Shown here: piece by piece, positions 13,409-25,564 of the stretch
Layout: each line of letters begins with the position of its first letter
Position numbering within the stretch: the stretch's first letter is position 1
The notes under the pieces: model-generated
What the model saw: only the letters and a program-made list of their open reading frames with translations
What the model was told of the DNA's origin: nothing
Database searches by the model: none
From: Nymphaea colorata
Taxonomy: Eukaryota
Assembly (NCBI RefSeq): GCF_008831285.2
Contig: NC_045138.2
Location: forward strand, 41,974,001-42,038,000
Length of the DNA: 64,000 bases
Reading direction: 5' to 3'
Program-made: the position numbers and the translations under genes

Positions 13409-16148
13409 AACATCATTCATAACCCCATGGGCACCTTTTGTTATACTGTAATGCCATTTGGTTTGAAGAACACCGAGACAACATATCAAAGGGCTATGGT
13501 AACTGTTTTTCATGATCAAATGCATCAAATCATGGATGCATATGTGGATGATCTACTAATTAAATCAAAAACAAGAGAAAATCATATCAACATTCTCTCT
13601 CAAGTTTTTGATAGACTATTACAATATAAGCTTAGATTAAATCCACAAAAAATGTGTATTTGGTGTGGAATCTGGTAAGCTTTTGAGATTTATAGATAGT
13701 AAAAAGGGAATCGAGATGGATCCCTCCAAAGCAAAGACGATCATTGAGATGTCACCGCCAACAAATCTTAAGGAGCTACGCAGCTTGCAAGGCAGAATTC
13801 AGTCAATCAGAAGGTTTATATCTAATATTGCCATGAGATGTGAACCCTTCAACCATTGACTACAGCAAGGAGACAAGTTTGAATGGGGACATGAATGTCA
13901 GGCCTCATTCGAAAAGATCAAGAAGTACCTTCTTTGCTCGCTGATTTTAAAACCCCAAATCTTGGGGAAACCTTTACTGTTGTACATCACATTTAACAAT
14001 TCAGCCTCTGGTGGATTTTTGGCTTAATATGAAGAAGGATGTTGAATAAAACATGGCATTTATTACATTAGTAAAACATTTGTGTAGTATGAAAAGAACT
14101 ACTCACACATAGAAAAAAATTGCTTAGCCTTGGTTTGGATGTGTCAAAAATTAAGGCATTACTTATTGACGTGTGAAGTTAAAATTTTATCTAAACTTAA
14201 TCCACTCAAATATATCTTTGAACAACCATTTCTAAATGGAAGAATAGCAAAGTTGCAAGTTCTGCTGATGCAATATGATTTGGAATATATGTCACAGAAG
14301 TCAATCAAAGGACAAACCATCGCAAATCAATTCGCAGATTTCTCTCTAACTGAGGATATTGAAGCAAATGATGATTTTTTGGATAAGCAAATCCTAACGA
14401 CCGAACCAGAGCCGATATGGCAGATGCATTTCGATAGATCTAAAAGCACAACAGGGATAGACATTGTGATACTTTTCATTACATCAGAAAGGGAAATGAT
14501 TCCATACTCTCTCAAATTGATGTTCTTCTGCACGCATAATATGGCAGAATACGATGTCTTAATATAAGGACTCAAAATGCTTCTCAAATTTAAAGTGCAA
14601 AGAGTTCACATTTTTTGAGATTCTCTTTTAGTTGTCAGTCACGTCAATGGAGATTGACAAGTCAAAGATCAAAAATTGATCCCATATCAAGAATTAGCAA
14701 CTTTCCTCTTAAGACAATTCAAGGACTATCAACTCTTACACGTCAAAAGAGAATTTAACCCAATTGCGGATGGTTTGCTAGTTTAGGCTCTACGATTGTC
14801 TTCAAACCTAGGGAATCTATCAGATCTTTTGAAGTCGGAAGACTCGAACAACCATCTTTTGTCATACCAGAACATGTGTTACAAATAAAAAACGAAAAAA
14901 CACCATGGTATCTAAACATCAAAGATTTTCTCTGGACAGGAACACTTCCACATGAAATGTTTTGAAAAGAGCAAAGAACTCTGAGACACATGTCATCAAG
15001 ATATTTCATTTTAGCTGACATTTTATACAGAAGAGGATTCAGTATAGAATATGCTAGATGTCTCGATGCAAATGAGGCACTAAAGGTCATTCAAGAAGCT
15101 CATGAAGAAATTTGTGGAGGCATGTAGGGTATCTGACCATCATCAAACAAATAATCGGAGCAAGGTACTATTGGCCCACAACGCAAAAAGACGGTCACCA
15201 ATTTATTAAAAAGTGCATCAAATGTCAGTTGCACGCACCATCAATTCATGCTCCAACAGCATACCTTCATTTGGTCAGCTCACCTTGGCCATTCTCAATG
15301 TGAGTCCTTGACGTGGTTGGTCCAATCAATCCACCTGCCTCAAATGGACATAGGTATTTTCTTGCTACTATAGATTTCTTCACAAAATGGGTCGAAGCAA
15401 TCACTTCAAAAACAATTGAAAGATGACATGTAGTATCCTTCATTCACAAAAATCTTTTGTGTAGATTTGGCATCCAGCACGATATTGTTTCTGACAATGG
15501 TAATCGTTTTAAAAATGAAAAAATGTGCAATCTCTGTCACAAATACAAAAAACATCACTTTTCTGCCCCATATTACCCTCAAGGTAATGGTCCTGTAGAA
15601 GCAACTAACAAGATTTTGATTCGTGCCTTAGAAATGACTATTGAAACAGGCCGAGATTGGCATGAGAAAATGCATAATGCAATTTGGGCATATCGAACCA
15701 CAATTCAAATACCCACTAATGCTACACTAGATAATTAGTATATGGAATAGAAATTGTCCTTCCATTACATGTCCAAAAACCAGCAATGAAATTTGCTGTG
15801 CTCATTAACCTCCCAATTAGCAAGTATAAAAAAAAGAGACTTGCTCGATTAGACCTCTTAGATGAGAAAAGACTACAAACAGCAGAGCATGTTGAAGTCT
15901 ATCGCAAGAGAGTTGTCTGACATTATGCTAAATCAGTCATTGAAAGAAAATTTCAGGTAAATGATCTTGTACTAAGATCTATTGTTCCACTCAGGAGTAG
16001 ACCCAATGGAAAATGGGCACCGAACTGGGAAGGACCATATGTCGTCAATAAGGTTATACCATACAATTCTTATCGGCTGATTGACACTGATGGGATCAAA
16101 ATCCCTCATCCAATTAAAGCTTTGCATCTCAAGAAATCTTATACTTGA
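13409..16148 (+). pseudogene. Gypsy pol pseudogene: RT, RNase H, additional archaeal-type RNase H, integrase
   Basis: Motifs GTFCYTVMPFGLKN, AYVDDLLIKS, QKLRHYLL, WQMHFDRS..CTHNMAEY (aRH), GARYYWPT..C..C, SDNG..PYYPQGNGPVEATNK, NWEGPY. Numerous stops and frameshifts. Confidence 0.9.
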
Positions 16149-17393
16149 ATTTGTAATTCAAAAATTTCAAAACAATTGTGCTTTGATAAACACATTCTTA
16201 GCAATTTTCAAATCAACTAAGGAGCATAGTATCCCTTAGAGAAAGTTTTGAAAATGCAACAAAATTTCCAAAATTTTCAAACGCAGCCTGTGTCTTGAGG
16301 ACAACAGCAAGGGAATTGACTTGAACTATACAAGAAATTTCAATGAAATTGAGGGATTAATGTACCGAAATTAATGTTGGGCCCGACAATTGAGCAGTTG
16401 TAAAGGTCTAGCGTGAGACACTATAAGACAAAGCCCTTGTGACCCAAAAGACCTTGGCAAGATGCTAGAAAAGGCTATCAAACAAAATGAGTTGAGCAAT
16501 GAGCTCGGGGTGAGTGTAGTTGTTCCTTTGGTTCAAAGCTCTGCAGGCGCGGGTGGGCATATGACCTATACTTACACCGTGAAGCTAAAAAGCAATCCAT
16601 GAACATTTTGCATATATTAAGTCTCCTAAAGTCTTTTGAATTCGAGTAAGTCTTAGGAGTGTTTTACACTTGGTAACCTAAGGCAAACTGGTCTAAGAGT
16701 TATCGACCCAAAGCTCGCTACAAGGGTTCAGAAGGAAGCCCGATAGACTTGATATTGTACAAAGCAAACTATACAAAACCATCAAAGTGGTAGAACTCTG
16801 TAGTAGCTTTTGGGGTGGTGAGAAATTTCCCCCAAGAGTGAAGGGTGACTCAAAAAGAAAATCAAAATTCAAAAACTAAAACCAATAGGTGAAAAACTAA
16901 GTAAAAATGAGAGAGAAAAACGCTCGCCAATGATCTAAAAGGTGTCAAGGGCTAAGTTCTCTAAGCATCAAATGTAAAAACTTTCACAATTGCAAAATTT
17001 TCTAACCAACATTAATTCTTATACAGAGTCTCCAGTGAGATAGAGAAAAATCTTCTTATTTAAGGTCTATGTCCTAGCATTTCTCCTCAAGTGAAGATGG
17101 TTCAACATCATTTGAAAAACGGATTTTCCAAACAATTTGCAAAAATTTGGTGCATAAATCTTTGCTATTAAGCAAATTCTTCAACTTGCTTAACAATAAA
17201 GAGGGGCATCTCTTAACCCCAAATTTTTTCACATCAGAATTGAAGCAGTGTCAAAATTTTACAAAAGAATTATGTAAAATACAATTGCAGAACTAATTTC
17301 GAATCTAAAGAACAATTTAGATTCAAATCATAAATTTAACCCATGACACAAATCCCAATGAAGGATTATGAGTCCAACTATGTCCAAATTAGG

Positions 17394-17540
17394 ATTTGAC
17401 ATCCAAATCCAATTACAAATGTCATTTGACATCCAAATCAAATTACAAATGTCATTTGACATCCAAGTCCAATTACAAATATCATTTGAAATCTAAATCC
17501 AATTACAAATGTCATTTGAAATCCAAATCCAATTGCAAAA
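17394..17540. repeat. 30-bp minisatellite, ~5 copies, inside the LTR
   Basis: Unit atccaaatccaattacaaatgtcatttgac with a 30-bp period. Confidence 0.9.
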
Positions 17541-19032
17541 TTCAAATTTTGACTTAAATCCGAGAATTGAATCTAATTCAGTGTAAAGTGCTACATGGGA
17601 CCCACATGTGGGCCCCACCTAGCCCGTGTGGTCAAGAGCCCCCCAAGAGGTCACGCACCCCACTTTTTCAAAAATATTTTCTCTCAATTAAATGAAAAAA
17701 AATCATTTTAAAGGCAAATGAATGATATCATAATTAGAAACCTTGGAAAAGAGAGACATTTATGTCTCTCTCTCTCTTCCTTAAGTAGGTCCTCTTTAAA
17801 GAGGGATCAATCTCCAAAAGCAATAACTAGGTCAAACCCACTTAATTCAAGTAGGTTCGACCCTAGTGCACCCAAATATGGAACCAATTTCAGCTCAGCT
17901 TAGTCAACACGAGCTCAACTTGGCCAAAAGGTTGGTCTGTCTCATGATCCAATTAGTGGACAAAAATAGACCTTGACCGAATCAAGACCACTTTGACTAG
18001 ACTCAGTCGAAGTACAATTCAGCTTAATTAAGAGATTTCTTAGCTCAAATTTATCAAATTACCTCAAACAGAAGCAAACTACTCACAAATAAACTTTGAC
18101 TTTGGTCAATTGGTCAAATTTGGCAAATCTAGACAATTTTGCTCATTTATGAGTAAATTGATATTACAGAGCCTAAATTGGTTTATGAAAAACAAATATA
18201 CATTTGGATTTGTCAAATGTATAAATCAAATATCAAATTAAAATTTAATATTTCAAACCAAATTTTGATTCAACTGAAATCTATCTTCAATCAAGTTTTG
18301 GACAAAAATACCCTTTTCAAACCAAATTTGATAGAATTTTCAAATTTTATTCAAATTTTAATTGAATTATCATAATTCAATAACATTTAGAGCTTAGTAA
18401 CTAGTTTTTAACCTAACAATCTCAATTTCAGACAAAGAAAAAAATAAATAGAACAAACTAAGGCAAAACTCTGTGTAAGGACATTTTCGTCCAAAATTTT
18501 GGTCAAAGTTGGTCAGCTACGTCTGAACCAAGGTTGACCACACCTAGCCCATCCCACCTAGCTCGTGTAAATGAGATAAAAATGATCAATTAGAGCCATT
18601 AAAAACTCATTTAATCTATTTTCTAACTCCCTAAGTCTTCATTAATCTTCCAAGGCAAATTAAAGAAGGTGGTTGAACCCTTCTTCTTCTCTATATAAAT
18701 CCTCCATTGGCAACCAAGGGGAATGATGAATTTTTAGCTTCATCAAATTGCTGCAACCAAGGAGTTAGGAGGAAGAAGCCAAAGAGGAGAAATAAGATTC
18801 ATCCAAGCATTCTTCCCCTCTTTCTCTCATTATCTTCTTCATTTTCCCTATTATCTCTATCGAGTTTGCTAAGTTAGGGTGCTTAAGTGAACTTTTACTT
18901 AGGATTTTCATGGAGAGAATCTCTCTCTTTCCCACTGTAAATTTTAACAAGTCATTCTTCTTCTTCTTGCTTTGCTAAGCTCGAATCCAAGCTTGGATTC
19001 TTGCTTAGGATTGTTTGATTTATAAAACAAGT

Positions 19033-19146
19033 GAAGAAGAAGATGAAACATCAAGACCGACTACAAGGCAGGTGATTTTAACTCATTCCGAAGAAGAAGA
19101 TGAAACATCAAGACCGACTACAAGGCAGGTGATTTTAACTCATTCC
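19033..19146. repeat. Perfect 57-bp tandem duplication
   Basis: gaagaagaagatgaaacatcaagaccgactacaaggcaggtgattttaactcattcc occurs twice in tandem. Confidence 0.95.
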
Positions 19147-19717
19147 TCATCTACTTTAGCTTTCTCTTTGTTCATTTTAATTTCAGCAATTCATAGGAGT
19201 AGTTTATTTTTATTTGTTTTATAGCTGAGAATGATGTCCAGCTATGGGGAAACTACGATTAAATGTACATATTAATGCATAATGCATGCATGAGTCGTTT
19301 TTTCTAAAAGATGAACCAATATATCAAATTTTGAAAATGGCCCCAAGGCTAGGCATTGTTCAAAACAACCAGCTTAAAACCATTTTGAACTCTCCACCAT
19401 GAGAGAATCCCACAGTGGGAGAATGATTTTGCTGCAACATATATGACGAAAAAGCCTATTAAGGATGGATGCATTCTCATGAACGTGATCCACCTTTGCA
19501 TGGTGAAATTATGGACAAACTAGTTTGAGCATTGTCTTCTTTTCCTTCTCATTTTAAGTCATTTTGATCCATGTCTTCCAATTTAATTGATCAATTCTGG
19601 TAGAGGAGATTAGAAACTAGTTTTAAATCTTCCTACGTAAAAGAACCCAATCATGAATCATCATGATTCATGAATTATGCAGTCCCTTGATTAAATTTTA
19701 TTTTGAGAGTATGATAC

Positions 19718-19739
19718 GTGTGTGTGTGTGTGTGTGTGG

Positions 19740-19838
<99 letters not shown>

Positions 19839-19856
19839 CATACATACATACATACA
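19718..19856. repeat. Compound (TG)n(TA)n(TACA)n microsatellite
   Basis: Visible directly in the sequence. Confidence 0.95.
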
Positions 19857-21613
19857 TTGTTATACACATGCAATGTCTTGTTAAAAATCATTTTCCTCTT
19901 TTAAAATCAGGTTGGAACACGTTTCCAAACTGATTTTTTTTTTAAAGAAGGGATCATTTTGTTGATTTTCATAGTACAAAGCTATGAAATCATTTCATTT
20001 CATCTCAAATTTTCTTTTATTTTCAGCAATACATACGTAAAGTGTATGCAAGTTACTGAATCAGACCACGCTTTATAGGAATTGGCTTAAGAATGTCAAA
20101 GTTTACATACTTGAAATGCCAATTTTCAGCTATAAAGTGGTTATGCTTTGGGGGAAAATTAAAAAAAAAATCTAAAGCTATCCAATTGGCATCCTAAAAC
20201 ACTTTTGATGGGTTGTTTATCTCATTCATAATTTTTCAGATTTGTATGAGATTAATCTTCTCCTAAAATACTGAAAATTTTCATTTTTTTTTACTTCCCT
20301 AAAAGGAGTATCAATTAGTCTAAAATCATCCAAAAAGTGGGCAATTCCATTGGCATGAAATCTGAATTTTGAGTAGGTTTGAAAGGCTTGTCATCTCTAT
20401 CTAAAAAATGAGTCTCTCTCTTGGAATCAATTTCTACAATTTTCAGCTATTTAAATCAGCCCAAAATCTGATTTTTTATTTATTTATTTTAAGACAAAGG
20501 TGGATGTCATCCACGTCTCCATCTAGTTTAAAAACTAATTTTGGCATCATTCTTCATCATTTTGTCAATTCTCAAGCTTATGGACTACATCTCTAATGCA
20601 TGTGCATAATAATAGGATGAACACATTTAGTAAAAGTCCTACATTTTAATCAAAATCAATCTTTATGTGTAGATTGTATGACATGTAATTGCAATGAATG
20701 GACTTTGAGAGATTATGAGAAAGTGAAGAATGAATGTTTCATATGAATGAACATTGAGAGATGATGAGAGAGAGATTGATGAATGTCTCATGTAGTTTCT
20801 CTTCTTATTTCATGCATTTACTTTCACCCAAAGTCAATAGTTCCACATGCACATTCTCAAGAAATTAAGTGATTCAAATTTGAGTTACAAAAAGTGGCCA
20901 AGTCATATTTTAACAAGAATTTATAAATTTCACTTAGCTTTCAAAGAAAACATAAGCAATGCATTCATAATCTTGGCCAAAATATGTTTAAAAAACAACA
21001 CGTTTTCTAACAATTTGGAATCTATGTTTCATCAAAAGAATGAGCTCTACCTAACCAAATCACAAGTTTCTAAATATCTTAGACCAAATCACACAATTTG
21101 GGAAAAGAGGAATTCAAAATCAACTTTAATCATAAGATGATCATCATTTCAACTCATGAATCATCTTGAGTTCATAACAAAGAACTCAATTTCAAATCTT
21201 CAAAATTTCTAAGAATTGTGGATTTTAAATCAAATGACACCAAAACAAAGGTTTTTTAAATCAATTTGAAAACCCTCCTCCAATCTTCAAATCAAGGGAA
21301 TTCATTTTCAAAACAAGTTCTAATCACTTATTCAAAATAAACTTTGGTTCTTGAATCCAACAAATCACTTTGGTTCTTGAATCCAAAACCTCAATGCATA
21401 AGCATATAGGATTTACATCAATAACTCGTACATGATTCAAATGATCCTTAGTCCTTCGTCCAATTACTCATGTTAAAAGTGACAAGAAGGGTTGGACCTC
21501 ATACCGACAGGTGGATCCCTTTCTCTTAAAAATTTTTCTCAGAACCCCAATTTTAAAAGAATTTTTCTGATCCACATTTCGATGCCCTTTGAGAAAGGGG
21601 TGGGGTGCGAACA

Positions 21614-24518
21614 AGAAATAAAAGGAAGTATATGATAACATATACCTTGCAAGATTATCTCAGTGACATGAGCATACAATGAATAGCACCTTACAGTGCA
21701 TAGGAAGACTAAGTATTATACTTGATTTTCCCATATTATCTTATCGATGGTTTGAAGTCTAGGTTTAGTTTATTAGACAAATTGGGTCCAATTGGCATTC
21801 AATTTGACAGTTAGGTTTTAGGCACATCCTAAAAAGATTCTAGGTTACTAGATTCGGGTTGGGGTTATAGAACAAAAGAGGGAAAACTGAGGAAGTCCTA
21901 CAGGTTCTAGGTTTTAGGGAATCCTGAAATTCCAAGTTTGTAGAAAATACATTGTATTATTTCATAAAAAAGACCTACCAAGTGACCTTTGATTGTTCTA
22001 AACTTTAGAGATAAAATAGTCATGTAAATCTTCCCAAAGACACCTAGATCACAAGGAGAAGTGCATGGGAATTGGAGTTATTGCTTTTCTAAGTTCTGTA
22101 GAATTCTGGTTTTCTATCGGAGTGGAAAACAAAAATAACATTCTTAGAATCCCACAAAATTTGGTGGGAAGCTACAGATCATTGCAAGCTTTCTACCAAT
22201 ATATAGACAAAGATTAAGCTTGAAGATGGGAGCTATAGAATCTGTAATTTAGCTTAAATTCTGGTTTTTTGTAGGAGCAGAAAATGAAATTACTTCAGAA
22301 ATAGATTGGATTCATAAGTTTAATTCAACGCTAGCACCCGTACTAATTCTAGGTCACTTTTACCCATTTACCCCACAACACTCTGAAAACTCTAGAGGTC
22401 ATCTATCTAAGGTTAATCTATCATCAAACCTATCTTCTCCTCGATTTTGTTTAGGTCCTGGAGTCACGATTTCTAGCTTGCGTGAGTTCAAGCCCACTTA
22501 GAGAAGCTTGTTTCAATTTAACTGAGTCTGGTGGGCCCCATTGATTTAAAAATGATAAGTTTTCAACTTCAATTCTCATTTGCAGCCTGAGCCAAACCTA
22601 GGATAGACTCTTTATAGGGTATCTAGCTTACCTTCAGTGGCTCTTGATGTACAACTTCCGAATTTCGGTTTTAACAAGTTCAGAACTTACTCTAGTGTCA
22701 CTCGTTCTCCTATTTTGGTATGTTTTGGCCCATTTTAGCTTCACCTTGTTGAGTTAGCCCAAACCGATCTTAAGGGCCCGTTTGATGGGCGGGATAAATT
22801 AAGAGGAACGGTTGAAAAATGTATGGGCGGGTGAAATTTCACCCGCCCGACTGAAAACGTAACAAACAGGGTGAAAGTTCACCCGTTTGACGTAAATGGG
22901 AGCGGGTAAGGTTTCACCCGCTCGACATGTTTCCTTTTTCACCTCTCTTCCTCCCGCTCGACGTGTTTGCTTCTTCACCTCTCTTCCTCCCGCTCGACAT
23001 GTCTATCACACTCATGACAATCTGGCCCTAGCTCAGTTCATGTTAGCACATTATGAATTTCGTTCAACTCAGTCTTTAAATTGTTAGGTGATCATATGCC
23101 CCCTCCCCCCAATGTCAATGACTCTGTTTTGATGTCTGAGTTCAACTCTATCTTGGTCCTGATATGTCAACTCCTGACGAGCTAAGAATACCTTTCTCTT
23201 GTATGTATCTATCTTCTCCCAGCACAGTTTCAATTCAAGCATCGATTGTGAAGTGTAATTGCGATTTCACAAATTCATTAGCATTATTAACCCGAACCAC
23301 TCGATCACTTCACAATACTTCCTGCCTCGACCTCAATTGAGTTGGAATTTGATCTGAATTTCCGAATTCTTTAATTAATGGACCACAAGTCACTGATTTG
23401 GTCCCTTAGCTCAACTTATCAAATTTCGACCCAAAACTTACTAAATTAGCTTTTCCCCATTTGAACCCTAGTTTTTCTATTTTTTCAGTATGCGTTTGAT
23501 ATTTTTTTAAAAACTGATCTTTTAGCACATTGGGAAGAATTTTTGAATTTCATCTAAACTAGGTTATGATATAGGACATGATGTTTGATCTTGCCAAATT
23601 TGAGGGCAAAATTCCACTAGTTGTCAAACATGTGAAATATCATTGCAGGACCCACAAACCCTGATTTCTAGAAACTTGCCAAAGATAGCCTCAACTGGAC
23701 CTACAAATCTCAGTTCATTCAAACACGACAAAGTTAGTATAGCAGGACCCACTCGATTCCGTTTCCCCTACTTGCCTGATTTAAAACTAGCACAGTCCAC
23801 TGAACTTAGTCTGCTAGAGCATGCCCGTTTTAGAACACTTTGACCAAACCCACTTGGTCCAACAAGACTAAACCTGACTGAGTTCATTGAACCAAGTTTT
23901 CTAGCCTAGTTCATTTGATTTGTTCAACGTTAACTAGACCTGCCTTAATTAGCCTAGCCCTAACAAAAGCTTAGTAAGTTGTACTGGCTTGAATACAGTC
24001 AAAATTCTAGGCCAGTATGTTCAAAGTTACTGAATCCAACATCAAACCCATCTCAGTTTAACCAAAACTTGGTTCGGGCTTAGTCAATTGAACTCAACAT
24101 ATTGGAACTAGTTGCAGTTTACCTTGACCGGCCCAGGCTCAGTTAACTGGACCCAGACCAAGCCCACCTCACTCAGTGGGTCCAGTAGGATGCCTCGCCC
24201 TATTTTAGATCAAATTCACACCTAGATTTGCAACATGTCCAGAAACTATAGTCCAACTTCAATTTTAGATCCAAATCTCCATTTTGGGTCTTGGATCTTA
24301 CTTAGAATCTTTAATCCACTATCCAATCTGAGTTTGAAATCCAAACCAGTTTTCAAACTCAGATCACAATCCAAATTTATACATGACTCTATGGCTAAAA
24401 TACATATTTGAAATTTGAATGCATCAGATCATGCCATGTGCCCTGGAAGCAATCTCAACCTTTCAAAATCATGGTTTTACTTTTTAAAAAATTAGTAGAA
24501 AGTCTCCTAGGGTGTCAC
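21614..24518 (-). mobile_element. Possible partial gypsy-type LTR remnant
   Basis: Non-coding, repeat-like composition. Terminates in GGGTGTCAC (reverse complement GTGACACCC, resembling an LTR terminus). No second copy or TSD seen. Confidence 0.3.
22774..23002. mobile_element. One-ended PIF/Harbinger-type fragment with a 36-bp tandem repeat
   Basis: TAA followed by GGGCCCGTTTGATGGGC, the same TIR type as 59863/63158. Repeated ttcacctctcttcctcccgctcgac. No second TIR found. Confidence 0.6.
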
Positions 24519-25564
24519 CCCTCTTTGAGATTTTTATTTCAAAAATGTCATCCACTGGCACTACACATGCATGTAAAAGAGGAAGAGCCTCACAGGTTCT
24601 CCATCTCACCCGCCTCCTCTTCACCCTTGTATCTGCTCTCCATCTATTGCCACAGAAGTTTCGTCGACCAGGACCTGAATAGGTACGCTCCTGCTCAATC
24701 TCTAACAATGACTCAGGTGGTGGTGAATATGTCCTAGATAGTGAGCGAGAGAGCTTGTGAATGCAAGAGAGAGTCAGGTCAAGGTTGCGAATGGGTGGGC
24801 AAGGGGCAACAGTCCTATTGTAGGCACGTCCACCGCTCCTCCAGCAAGCTATGCATCAGACAGGGGTGGATACCTTGGGGATGGAGGGTTGATGCTTCAG
24901 TGGAGTGGGGAAGGTGTGGACCCTCACCTCATGGAGGAGGATTGTGAAGGTGGAGATTCTACGGCAATCGATGGGCCTTCCTGGCGAGCAGAGGATTTGG
25001 GTCCCCACCAAGCAATGTCGAGGGTGGAAACCGGCCACGAGTGACAAGAATGCAAGTATATGTTAAACCCTTGATAAGGCTGCTACTTCAGGCTGATGGT
25101 TGTTTTCGGTGCTAAGAATATTGAGAGGTGTGAGGATGAGGACTAGAGGAAATTTTACTGTTATGCAAATATGCATTAGTTCTGCTGTTGATTAAGTTAT
25201 GATCCAAAAATTAATTCCAATGATTAAGTTATGATGCAAAAATTTGTTATATTGCTGTCTGTTATGAATTGGTTGTATTGAAATTTACAATGTTATTGTT
25301 GTCAAGGTGTGCAATGTCGGTTTAAATCTGAAAATAGACATGTGGTGTTGATATATATGTAGTTCATGATTGGAAGGTAAGCACATACAAATAAATTGTT
25401 TCTAAATTTGTTATAAATTGTTAATTAATAGTAGCAAAAATGGTTTTTTTGTTTGTGTATGTTCATTAGCAACAAATAATGGTTTTTTGTATTTCTTGAT
25501 TAACACCATTAAACTGTTTGAGTTACCATTGTTAGTTAAAGTGGTAGGAAACAGTGGTGAAAAT

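Larger units (their letters stand above)
13409..21613 (+). mobile_element. 5'-truncated Ty3/gypsy Tat/Ogre-type LTR retrotransposon (pol remnant, 3' UTR, PPT, 3' LTR)
   Basis: Pol order is RT-RH-aRH-INT. PPT AAGAGGGGCATC at ~17199-17210, then a long LTR ending GGGGTGCGAACA at 21613. No gag or 5' LTR is present upstream. Confidence 0.85.
17211..21613 (+). repeat. 3' LTR (~4.4 kb) of the Ogre-type element
   Basis: Begins right after the PPT (tcttaaccccaaattt, a mutated TG start). TATA-like ctatataaat at ~18692. Ends ...GGGTGCGAACA. Confidence 0.7.

Noticed and set aside
17394..17540. Regular ~30-bp repeats resembling a CRISPR array
   Set aside because: Head-to-tail repeats with no unique spacers, in a plant LTR, with no cas genes.
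19663..19933. Cluster of YI/VC-repeat ORFs
   Set aside because: Translations of a microsatellite.
24700..25050. Several 60-95 aa ORFs in moderately GC-rich DNA
   Set aside because: No recognisable motifs or exon structure; probably TE-derived.
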